A stretch of DNA of 64,000 nucleotides from positions 3,860,408 to 3,924,407 of the forward strand of contig CAJFCJ010000006.1 in the NCBI GenBank assembly GCA_904063045.1. The letters run 5' to 3'. The DNA is from Dimorphilus gyrociliatus (lineage: Eukaryota > Animalia > Annelida). The notes under the pieces are model-generated. The model did no database searches, was not told where the DNA came from, and was given only the letters and a program-made list of their open reading frames with translations. Within the stretch, counting starts at the first letter, position 1; each line of letters begins with the position of its first letter. Shown here one piece after another: positions 13,023 to 24,714 of the stretch. A program made the position numbers and the translations under genes.

Positions 13023-13126
13023 GTTTTTGAATAAATGGACCATAACTATATCCATAACACAAACAGTTGTAGTTCACATCATAAAGTTTACTAAATAATC
13101 TCATTTGAATATGAAAAAAGCATTGT

Positions 13127-13208
13127 GAATTCTCTTTGAAAGTATGACTATTATTACTAAAACGTTTTGAAACGAAGTAACAATATGATGATTGTTTTAA
13201 AGAAATTC
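13127..13208 (+). promoter_or_regulatory. SECIS element (form 2) of the deiodinase mRNA
   Basis: ATGA at 13144-13147; helix II TATTATTACT pairs with AGTAACAATA (one mismatch); AA at 13159-13160, 11 nt after ATGA; apical mini-stem CGTT-TTGA-AACG; 3' TGAT at 13186-13189; helix I GAATTCTCTTTGAA pairs with TTTAAAGAAATTC. Confidence 0.9.
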
Positions 13209-13557
13209 TTTTACTATTTCCATATTATATTTACTATCTACTTTTTGTATTAATTTCAATATAATTCAATAATTTGCAGTGCGATTGACAAACAATTTTG
13301 TAAATTTCATCTTGATTGTTTCATTGTTGAATAGAAATTCTTTCAGCATTTCTAAACGTCTGTAATATCGATTCTGTTTTCATAATTTAACTATTATATT
13401 TACTCCAGCTGATGTTTATTGTAAAATTCACGCTCCACAGGATAAAGATAGGCGTTTTAATAGATTAATGTTATAAAAATAAGGCGAACTAAAAACTACT
13501 TCAATTCCAAAGCTCACTTTTGTATTTTTGATGATGATAATCAGAGCGACATGTTCA

Positions 13558-14551
13558 ATGAAAAAACTGTGTACTATCATCATAATAAGTAGTATAACAA
13601 TACTTTCTTTATATATAGCTGAGAAAATTCATAATATTAGTATAACGGTAAGAACGATCCATTGTTATATGTATTTCGTAAAAAACAATGATTTATCTTT
13701 TACACTTTTGTTAGGATCTTCGGAATAGACCTGAAGATATTTTAAAAAAAAGACAAGTGGATTTATCTATGAAATGCGCGGGTTCTTTATCGTACGATCG
13801 TTTGAATACGTTATCACTTCAACCTAATATTCGAGTTATACCTAAATTGGAAACAATTTTTTGTCATGTACCAAAAGTTGCCAGTACAAGTTTGAAAAGG
13901 ATGTTTTATTTTATTCAAAGTGGTAATAAGAGCATTATTCCGGCACATATTGATCGAAATTTGGTTCATTTAAGACGGTCTCCTGTCCTCCGATCTCTGA
14001 ATTCGTATAATATAAGCCAAGCCAGGAATATTTTAAAGACTTATAAGAAAATCATATTTGTAAGGAACCCTTACACTCGCCTCTATTCAGCCTATACAGA
14101 TAAATTTTTCGCTACGTACAGCAACTTTTTCAGAGATTTGTTTGGTTTAAAAATAGTACAAGCTGTAAGAAAATCAAATATATCAAGTATTCCTACTTTT
14201 ACAGAATTTCTTATATATTTGATCGATCATTCGGAAAATAAAAGATTTCAAGCTGAAATGCATTGGATGCCAGTTGATGAACTTTGTAGGCCTTGCGATA
14301 TAAAATATGATTATATTGGTAAATTTGAAACACTTAAGAGGGATTACGAAATCATATTTGAGAAATTGAATGTTGGTAAAGACATAGCAAAATTTTTGCC
14401 AACAAACGTCGAAATGAAATCTATTATCAGAAAAGTGAATTGGAAAACCGTTTTCAAAGAATTTCAGTCAGATTATTCTGAAATCTTTCAAAAAATAAAG
14501 AAACGATATCATAGAGATTTTCATCTTTTTAATTATGATTCGAATATGTAA
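13558..14551 (+). CDS. Golgi carbohydrate sulfotransferase (Sulfotransfer_2, CHST8-14 family), 2 exons
   Basis: Type II membrane anchor in exon 1; 5'-PSB FCHVPKVASTSLKR; 3'-PB FVRNPYTRLYSAYTDKF; HWMP...CRPC...YDYIGKFETL; YHRDFHLFNY. Confidence 0.9.
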
Positions 14552-14627
14552 TAGAGTAATATTCATAATAAAGAAAGCTTGTATAATGTAATTTACTCTT
14601 AATTATGTACAATACGCCAAATAATAA

Positions 14628-16543
14628 TTAAAATATTGCTCCTTCAAAGGCAGCGATTACTAGAAACATATAATCATCGATATTAAATTCTTCGTCAGTG
14701 ATGGGAGACTCATCATCCTTAATTAAGCGATATATTTCATTATTCCAGAATTTCATGTTTTTCTTCTTAAAAACAGCCTCCTTGGGCATTCTATCATCAT
14801 CGCTTTTTAAGATTTTGATAGATTTATTATCCAAATTGAAGGGTTTCCAATCAGTAAGTTCACTAAAGAAAAAAAATTGAGATAATCTTGATTCTTTTTT
14901 TTTAAAAATAATACAAACCCAGTTTTTATGAATTCTCCCCATCTTTCCATTAAATTTCGGCTAAATTGCTTATCAGAATCGGTCCATTTATTTAAGTATC
15001 TACTTAGAAAAGGGTCGCCGAAAACGTACGACAGATCGTTGGCGTGTGGCATACCTATCCATTCAGGTCCCGTATAATACGAAGGCCTGTAATGTATTTC
15101 ATACGCATAGGTAGTGCAATCCTTAAGAACCTGAAGTTGTTTATACATTGGTGCTACAATTGCCATATCTCCGTTCACCTTGCTACAGCTTTTCATAAAG
15201 TTCTCGCTTAGTTTTGCTTTGGGTTGATAGATTTTCATTATCATATCGCACATCTCACTTCCAGTTTCATCCGAGCAATATTTATACCCAAGCATTCTCG
15301 AGATTTTAACTACTAAATCTTTAAAATGATATTCATTTTTTATTTTATTCCCGGCCTTTTTTAGCAGCAATGCTAAAAAGGCGAATCCTTCGTCGCTGGT
15401 TACACCACCCAGTACAGGTACTTTTGAATATAGCTCTTTCTCATAGATCAAATCAGGCTCTTCTTCGATAACGTAACCATCTATAACTGGTGTTAACATG
15501 GTATTTGGATGCAAAATATGGGTAAGTTCATGAATCGGCAAAGCTTGCAAAAAAGACTTTAGTTCTTCTCCATTCGCAGAACCATTGTATCCTTTATGCT
15601 TGGCGGCCGACAGAATAAGATCAGCCATAAATTTTCTAGTACAAGGTGTTGTACAAGGGCCAAGTATTGATCCGCTTTGAAGAATCATTTTATGGAAAAG
15701 ACCCTTAGATTTTTGAGAAATTAAATGAACTGATGCTAAAATTGATGCTGCAAATCATTTTGTCTTATATTTAAAGGTACAGTTTGAGTTGGGTTATAGA
15801 AAATCTTACATGAGCTAACTCCATGAAGGGTAACATTATCCTTGTCACCCCCAAATCCTTCAATATACTTTTGAATCCATTTAAGGGCCAAAATATGATC
15901 GAGAAGCATATAATTTCCCTCCAATACTCCATCATGTGAACACGCAAATCCTATTTTTGCGTTTATTTTGTTATCATAAAAAAAACAACAAATTTTAATT
16001 ATATTTACAAAAGAAACAATAGAAAAGTCAATTAACCTAAAACTCCGAGTCTGTAGTTAATAGATACAACAATTGCTCTATTAATTGAACTAAATACTTC
16101 ACCAGAATAAGTATTTGCTGATCCTGTCTTGAAATGGGCTGAACATAACCAAACGAGGACAGGCAATTTTTCACCCTCTTTCACATCGGATGGTCTCCAT
16201 ATATTAAGCGATAGACAATCTTCGCTCATATCTGTCTCTTCGTCGGGAATAGGAAGGGGGAGAAAGTTGTGCTTGTACATTTGAAAATCTTGTGGACATA
16301 TCTTTCCTTGAGGGATAATTGAAATAAATTTCAATTTTCATTCGAATATTTAAGACCGATACCTTTAGTCGTTGCCAACCTTATTCCAGCCCATAATTTG
16401 GCGAAGGTAGGTCTCTCAAACCTAACTGCTTCTCCATAAGGTATACCAAGAAAATAGTCGACATCTCGAGATAATTGCTCATTTTGAATTCTTCCTCCTT
16501 CTACTAAACAATTCGGAGTAATATGAACTATGGGGCGTTCCAT
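14628..16543 (-). CDS. Type-B carboxylesterase/cholinesterase-family protein with degenerate oxyanion hole, multi-exon
   Basis: [63 protein letters not shown] and [13 protein letters not shown] motifs are recovered across five exons. Confidence 0.88.
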
Positions 16544-17095
16544 CGTCAATCAAAATATGTAAAATGAAACGATATGGGATCAGAGGCCAATGAATCTCTT
16601 GAATGAAATGAAAAAGAAACGAAGCCATCCATATGTTAATAGAGAGACAGGACAACGTGTTACCGAATGAACAAAAGGCTGAAGTATTCAATGTAAAACA
16701 AAGAATTATATTGAACTGAATCAGATATCAGATTAGATTTTGTCAAACCGTTTAAAGTATCAAACAGCTGACGTATTGGTTTCTCCAATGATATATGATT
16801 GAGACTAAAAATATCATGATACATTTTATCTTTGGTATTTTGAAAATTCTATTTTGCCGCTGCAATAATAAACTTTTTACATAGAAGGTACATGTATTAA
16901 AAAGAATAGATTATTAAGGATTTTTAATTTTTTATTCTTAATTTAGCATCCTAATTTAACTTTTATTCTGAACAATCTAAATTTTTTTTAAAAAATAAAC
17001 CATGAAGTGACCGTTCAAAATGTCTGGTTTCGTCTGCTAAAAAACGCATTCGTCTCTCGTCGTACTCCTTACCATATTTATAGGATTTTCTGAAA

Positions 17096-19575
17096 ATGAC
17101 GGATTTTTTTTTATCTCCTTTTGCCAATGAAGTAAATTTATACGAGTTTCAGTTATCACAATTGTATTTAATTATAATCCGTATGAAATATATATGACAT
17201 ATAATTTAAATTATATCTAATGTAATATCGCTCAAACAGCTGTTTTTTTGCTTAAATAGAGGCTTATTGAAAGTTATCGGGACCAGCAGAAATGTCTGGC
17301 TTATCTAGTTGGATATGAGGTTTCGAAAGGCGAAACCCATATCCTTGGAAGTATCAAAGTATTCGAATATTATTTAAATAATCTGTTTGCTACATGGCGA
17401 AAAAACGAGGAAGTTCTTCCGGCAAGTAAGTCGAATAAGTTGACAAATTATTTTACTTGAACTTATTTCAATAATGAAATTGTAGATTTGAAATTCTGCG
17501 GAGTTTGTGTTACTCAGAATCAATCAGAGGATGTCGATGAGTTTATAGAGAAAATTAACAAGTTAGCAATACCTCCAGATTTCCAGGTCTGTTCATGTTT
17601 CTTTGATTTTTCCATCATATAAAACAACTTTTTACTCTTTGTCTTATAGTCACAAGAACAAATAAACAAAATGGTTGTTTTACTGCATAATGAAAATTCT
17701 AAAGCTTCAGAACTTCCAAAGTCATTCTTGTACAATTATCAAACGAAAAACTATTCAGAAATTCCATTAGAATTTTCCAAATCAAATATATTGGACGATT
17801 GCATTCGATTTTCAATTAAACAGACAATTAATGTAGCTTACGACTCAAGTAAATAATTAATTAGTTAATTAATTAACCTATATTTTTGAAAACTATCTAT
17901 TATTCATGCAGAAAACTTAAAAGAAACTTTTGCTTCCCAAATTGATAATTTAATGAAACGAATGGATAATCCAAAAATTGTTTATGATATACTACAAAGC
18001 GATATAATGTTACGAAACAATGGTAAAACTATATCTGTTGAAGCTGAAAATTCTGCAATAACTATATTGGATAAAATTCAAGAAGAATCTGATGGATTTG
18101 AAATAGTTGACAAAAAGAAAAAGAATAAAAGTCGTATAATTAAAAAGGTATTAATTATTTTAATTAAATAATTAAATAATTATATATTGTATATAAATAT
18201 TATATTTTAGGTACCCTACGCTGTGGAAATTTTGGAATCAAATATCTCACAAGATGTTTCAGTTGCTGTTATATCTCCAATAAAAAAATGTAAATTTTAT
18301 ATAGAATATTTTATAATAATATTCTATTTGTATTTTGTTTTCTTTAGCTGTCGACACTTATACATTAGATTTAAATGTTATATGCTTTGTTCATCGTGAT
18401 GAAAAATTGAAAAATATTTGTGAAATATTCAGGAATGGTTTAAAACGCCAAATTTCATCTTTTTATAGAAGAGCTATTGATTCTATTAATAACGTAAGTA
18501 AAATTTAATTTAATAAAAAGTATTTATTTTCAATTGTTCTAGAACGAGAAATTAGTGAAATATGAAGTTGTTCATTTCTGGCCTGATCAACTTATTTATC
18601 CAATTTTTTCGCTTTATCCAGAGAATTCTAACGATGAAGAATTAAGTATATTGATTAATATTTAAAAGATTATAAGATATTAATTTATATAAAATGTATT
18701 AATTAGAAAAGTATCGCGAGAGTTTACACGACATTTTTCTACTTCCGAAAACTATGCCTTTGTTCAGATGGAAAAACAAATTTGACTTTAAGCATTCTAC
18801 TAAAGATGTTAAAGGGTTTTTAATCTGTCCTCACAAACTTATTAAAAAGACTATAGGTAAAATATGAATTATATTGTTATGCAATATATTGAATAATAGT
18901 TTGTTTCTCTAGATCCAAGTCACAATGTTTCACTTGTTAAAGGCCGATACACTTATCATCATTATATGCAAGATAATTTTAATGATAGTGGTTGGGGTTG
19001 TGCTTATCGATCCTTGCAGACTTTAATTTCTTGGTTTAAGCTACAATCTTACACTGAAAAAGATATTCCAAGTATAACTGATATTCAAAAGACGCTTGTA
19101 AAAATTGGAGATAAGCCTGAGAACTTTGTGAATTCTAGACAGTGGATTGGTTCTTTTGAGGTTTCTTTTGTTATAGAAGATTTGTTAGGTAATATTATTT
19201 AATAATGGTTAATTAGATCTGCAATTTTTTACTCAAACTTTTGAACTTGTTTAAAAAGGTGTGTCTTCCAAGTTTATATCAAGCGTTTATGGTTCTGAAA
19301 TAGCATCTCGGGCAAGAGAATTAGCCAGCCACTTTAATAAAATAGGGTCTCCGGTCATGATTGGAGGAAATAATCTTGCTCATACAATCTTGGGAATAGA
19401 CTTCAACGAGCAAACAGGACAAGTTAAATTTCTAATATTAGATCCCCACTTTACTGGAGGTGAAGATATTGATATCATTCTAAATAAAGGATGGTGTGGC
19501 TGGAAGGAAGAATCATTCTGGAATCAGAATGTTACATATAACATGTGTCTACCTCAGGCACCTAGTACTGTTTAA
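17096..19575 (+). CDS. UFSP2: UFM1-specific protease 2, multi-exon
   Basis: [23 protein letters not shown] (catalytic Cys), PVMIGG..LAHTILG and [10 protein letters not shown] (Asp/His); long N-terminal domain as in UFSP2. The start exon was assigned manually. Confidence 0.9.
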
Positions 19576-19998
19576 CATATTGTTGAGAAAGACAAATAAA
19601 CCAAAAATATGCATTTTATATTGACTTTATTTTAATTTTAGCTGCAAATAGAGATTAGTGGAGTTTATTGAATGTTTTGTTTTAAACTCCTTATTCAATG
19701 AAGTTATTAGTTGTAAAAGATGGCCTTGACCTGTTTTCTCTTAAATTGATCATAATTGATCATATATAATGAGGCAAAATATTAAGTTGAATTTTTCTTA
19801 TAGCTAAAGAAACCGTTATGTTTATTTACGATTATATGCTGTTGCACATAAGCAAAATTTTGTTATTGATATTTCAACATTTAAAGTCTGAGTAGTAACT
19901 TTCAACTGAAATGTTTGAATTTGTTGTGATGTTAGTAACTTAATATATTGAAAATAAATTTGGAAAGTAGCAAAGAGTTTGTACAATTAAAAAAAGTT

Positions 19999-22900
19999 TT
20001 AAATCAAATGAACTGCCTTAGATGATCCTCTTAAGCTGTAGTATATTGAGTTCGAACCGACTAGTATTATCTCACTACCACCTTGAGTAAATCTAAAAAA
20101 GTAAATAACTATTAATTACAGAATTTGAGCTATAAATTAATGTTTAACCTTAGTGTATTCTCATGTAAACCAGGACAGTTGTAACCTGCTACAGAAAATA
20201 ATCCAAAGCACCTGCATAGTTGATTCAGAATCCAATGTGAGTGTTTCGAAGTTTGTTCAAAGTATATAGTATATATTCCGCCTTTGGCGGGAATGTAGAA
20301 ACCGAGACCTTTGCCAGTCAAACAATCTTCAGAGTTTGCTATGTCTAGCACTGTAGCCGATTTGATTCGAGACTTCATGTAAGCTATATAAGCATTTCTT
20401 TGTAATATCTCGGTATTTTTTAAAGTAACTTTTGATTCTCTGTATAAAAAAATAATTGGATTAGGAGTAAAGATAACAAATAAATTATCTTATAAACATA
20501 CATATTCGTTACACGATCGCGATTTAGAAATTCGCTCAGCATATTTGCCTGCTGGCTTAGGCCATCGAAAGGTCGACGAAAGACACGCGATACATCAGGA
20601 ACCAGTACTTCATATCCTGCTTGAATATCCCACGTATTCCACGATCTCTTGGAGCAGCACTCTTCAAAGTTTTTCTGCATAAAGGCTTCGTAGTACGATC
20701 GTTTAAGTAAAAATCCATAACCGGGAAAAAAATTGCTTCTCGTAACCAAACTATTAGCGATAGAATGACCTTTAAATCCTGATAAATATTGAAGTAATGT
20801 GTATTTCATTGGCTTTTATTCTTATAATTAACTAACCGTTCGGATTCCAAGAGTTTGTACCGACAAGAGTATGATCTTTTTCCAAAATTGGTAGTAATTG
20901 AGAATGAAAGAGGAGAAAGTCTGGTGAAACAATAACTTCTTCTTCCAATATGATTACATGTTTCTAAGAAAAGAATCAAAAAAGATTTTATCAACTTTAA
21001 ATATCATTCATTTAACTTAAGCTTACGGCAGATGAATATAAAATCCATATATTCTCCAGAGCCTTTTGTATTTGAACTAGAATTGAGATAGACATTATAG
21101 ATCTACTAAAGTAATTTACATTATTAAATTTATATACAAACCGGAATATTTAGTGCTACTGGTCAATTTATAAGTTTTGAAGGAGAATAATTCGGCTAAT
21201 TCGCCTGCTTCGGGGAATTTCTCATCATACATAACTGTTACTTTGTTAGATCTTAATCCAGGTTGCATTAATAGCGTTTCCAGCTGCATTCGTAGAGTAT
21301 TCTGATTTAATCCAGGAACAACAACTATTGGAATATCAAATATTGGATTATTTCCCATTGTTCCATCGGTCAATGGAGAAGGCGTCAATGGTTCATCGAT
21401 TCGTCCTGGAAGTGATATTTATAAAGCAAATATTAACTTATTTACAAATAAAATAAGCATTATATATCACATAAGAACAAGATTATTAAACGACATATAA
21501 ACTGGATTCTATCCAAAAGAGTAAAATTTATAAAATAAATGAAAGAAACAGTGAAGAGTAAAGATTGCAAGTATAAGGAACTCGTAAATATACAGTATTA
21601 CCACAGTATATACTGTACACATATACATAGTTTTCTATTTTCTTACCTTCGCAGAAATCTTCGTAGCCATCGTATTTACTACAAAATTTTCGTCTTTTCT
21701 CATTTTTCCTCGACATTGGATCGGGTCGAATCTTTGTTCCCTTAACTAATTATAAATAAGAAAGAGATGTAAAAATTCAATTTATTAATAGGAAATTTAA
21801 ATAAAGAGATGAAAAGGATTAAAAAACTCCTAGATTGTTTTGACGCTTACGTTTTGTAGAAACGCATAGCCTTTTATCAATCACTCTTGGCCATTTTCCA
21901 TTAGGACCAGCGAATTCCAGCTGTATTTCAGAAATATAATAAATTAATCAAATAAATTGAAAATTCTATAATCAAAATGAAAAAAATAAATAAATAAAAG
22001 TATAAAAAAAAAAAGAGAAAGCCTATTTTTTTATATAAAAAGTTTATATATATCGACATATATACAGTTGTTAATTTTTAGGAACAAAATAAAAGTATAA
22101 AAAATTCTTAACAATCGTAAAACGTATTTAAAAAGAAGTAAAGTATATATAAAAGTTAATAACGTAAGCCTATATTTAAACTATAAAACTTACATATACG
22201 AATACTTTTTCTAAACAAAACTAAAAGGAAAGAATCAACGGAATTGTGAGACTTAAATGATACTATTACTGAAAAACACCTGCTCTGTTTCACCGAAACC
22301 GTCCAAACCCTTTTGCCCTATGTATATCCAAGAATCTCTGAATTTTAAATTTTGAATCATTGCACTTCCAAGGTCTGAGAAGAGACGCCGAGCAGTTTCC
22401 GTTAATCTGATAAAAGGGTTAATAAAAAAAAAAGATACACCTATAGATATCAATTGATGGTTTAGGAGAAGAGATAACTGTTCAAAAGGGTGACACAACA
22501 ATCGTTTCTACGTAAAAGCGTCTAGTTCAAAACAGTAGCAATATTTGTTTAAGTAGTAAAAAAATAAATAACTTTCACATCTTCCGGCTAAGAATTTTAA
22601 TATTTAATCTTCTTATCTTCTTAATCAATGTAATTAGAACAATTGATTGGATAAGGTAGATTAGAACATTTTGGGTTTCTTTGTAGAGAAAGAAACCAGA
22701 GAACAATAAAAACATATCCTAACTTAAACACAAAGCTATGTATGCCTACTAAAAAAAAAACTATAATGTGAAATACAACAAAAATCGATAAAGTAAATAT
22801 TAAGTTTAAATAAAAAAAAATAAGATGTTAGAAACGTGCCTCTTCTATAGAAGTATATCCACTAATGCCTTTCTGTCCAACGAAAGCCATTGAATCTCTG

Positions 22901-24714
22901 AATGTTAAATTTTTAATCATGGAACTTCCAAGCGATTCGAGTAGATGTATAGCGTGTTGTCCTAAGCTGTGTTGTATATAATCATGCATGGAGGATCAGC
23001 ATGCTAATTAACGAATATTTTAAATATGCTATTTGTATATTAATAGGTTAATTTTATTTTTTATTTATTCGATTTCATTAAATCCTTAAACATGATAATT
23101 AAATCAATAAAATCGAAATAAATAGTATACTGTGAATTCAACACTTACGTTTATAAAAAAGTAGTAGAGCATATGTAAAATATCGAATAAAAAACTTTAT
23201 CTAAAGCTCCTACATTGATATACGCAGTATATGTAAATATATGCATATATATATATATATATGTATATACATATAAATAAAGACATCTCTATATACCAGT
23301 AAACTGTTATAGATAATGTAAATACATATACTGCATATTTTTAACAACATAAAAGCTTTTCTTATCGTGAAGTTATTAAAAGAATACAAAACTTTGATGT
23401 TGCTTTTATTGAGTTTGAGTACTTACTTCCTAGAGGCATCATCATTAACAACTGCTAGAATTATATCTCCTTCATTTAACATTTCTAGGAATATTTCTAA
23501 ATTACTGCTATCTTGTAAATAGGTATCAAATCTTCCAATTCGAGAATAAGATTTTGTTTTTGGATTTACTATAGCAATGTTAAATCCTCTGCCAGCATCA
23601 TTTAAATCCTTTGCAAATACATATTTTCCATTAATACAAATTTTAGGTGACTCTTCGTTTCCTTTTCCAGAGTACAGATGAACTGCAAAAGCCGATTTAC
23701 CACAGTCTTTTGGGACGCCACAGTTACTCATTGTTTCACCAATTTGACTTCCTGGTAAAGCAGGTTTCGCTGTGTATAGTTTTTGTAGATCTAACAATTG
23801 TCCCATTGGTACAGAAATACATCCGAACAATGTGACAATATTTCCATATGTTCCTACTTCAGAATTTCCCTTCTCTACCTGAATATTCGTATATATATTT
23901 CGTATTAAACATTATGTACATTAATCACCCATAAAACGTTACCTGTTCTATTGCAGTACCATGACTTAAGCCTCTTTGTCCTATCATTGCAAAGTTGTCC
24001 CTAAAGTCTAATTTGTCTAAAACAGTACTACCCAACATACTCCAATTCTCCCTAGCATCTTTAGTTAAAGATTTCGATGCCTCATCAAAGCTGGTTGCTA
24101 AAACTATTGCATTACCAGATATTCCTCCAATTTGGAAAAATCTTATTAGTTCTACATCACTTTCATAAGTATCAAAAGTTCTAGCAAAAGTAAGACGTAA
24201 CGTCTTTTCATCAAAAACTGCAACGTTAATTCCCCTTGCCGGCTCTCGCCCGAGTTTTTTCGCTTCTTCGTTGTTATACACTTCGATTCCATTGAAGCAT
24301 ATTCTGGGAGCTATATCTTTACCTGATTTGGGAATATCATTCTTATAAAAATTCACTTGGGCGGCGGAGAGATAGCATCGCAATATGAGAACACAAACGT
24401 TGTCACAAGTCAAATTTGAACTCACCTTGACCTGATTTAATAAAATATCGATATTTCCCCGCTGGACACGTTTCTTTTATCCCACACAAACCAGGTTCAC
24501 TCTTTGCTAGATGGTTGATATTATTATTATTATAAATAGTATGTTCTGGTCCAAAACGATTATGATCTGCAGGTTTTTTGCTATTTTCTTCCCTTAACAA
24601 TGAGTTTAGTCTATCTTTCGTTAAAATAAAGTGGTCGATAAAGTAAAGTGCAGCCAGAACAGAAAATATCCATAGCAAGAAATTTTTTGTACCTGTTCGA
24701 AATGATAAAAGCAT
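19999..24714 (-). CDS. POMGNT1-like type II membrane protein: two tandem ILEI/PANDER (FAM3-type) stem domains plus a GNT-I-like GT-A domain
   Basis: N-terminal TM; two repeats of CG...C...SG.G...P.IC.NG...RG.N.A...FDTY...DEAS/DDAS...FRD...GQ.G; then IPIVVVPG, VIILEEE, SWNPNG, FFPGYGFLLKRS and VLVPDVSRV, matching the POMGNT1 catalytic fold. Confidence 0.85.
22280..22406 (-). other. Mutually exclusive exon B of POMGNT1-like gene (127 nt)
   Basis: TCAG acceptor; encodes (K)LTETARRLFSDLGSAMIQNLKFRDSWIYIGQKGLDGFGETEQ; donor CAG|GTGTTT; phase 2 to phase 0. Confidence 0.85.
22840..22966 (-). other. Mutually exclusive exon A of POMGNT1-like gene (127 nt, GC donor)
   Basis: ACAG acceptor; encodes (N)LGQHAIHLLESLGSSMIKNLTFRDSMAFVGQKGISGYTSIEE; donor GAG|GCACGT; phase 2 to phase 0. 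Confidence 0.8.
23246..23262. repeat. (TA)n microsatellite in intron
   Basis: Direct read of an ATATAT... run; boundaries approximate. Confidence 0.75.

Noticed and set aside
12216-16543. Deiodinase, sulfotransferase and esterase as a thyroid-hormone metabolism cluster
   Set aside because: The sulfotransferase is a Golgi type II carbohydrate sulfotransferase (Sulfotransfer_2), not a cytosolic SULT. No shared pathway is supportable.
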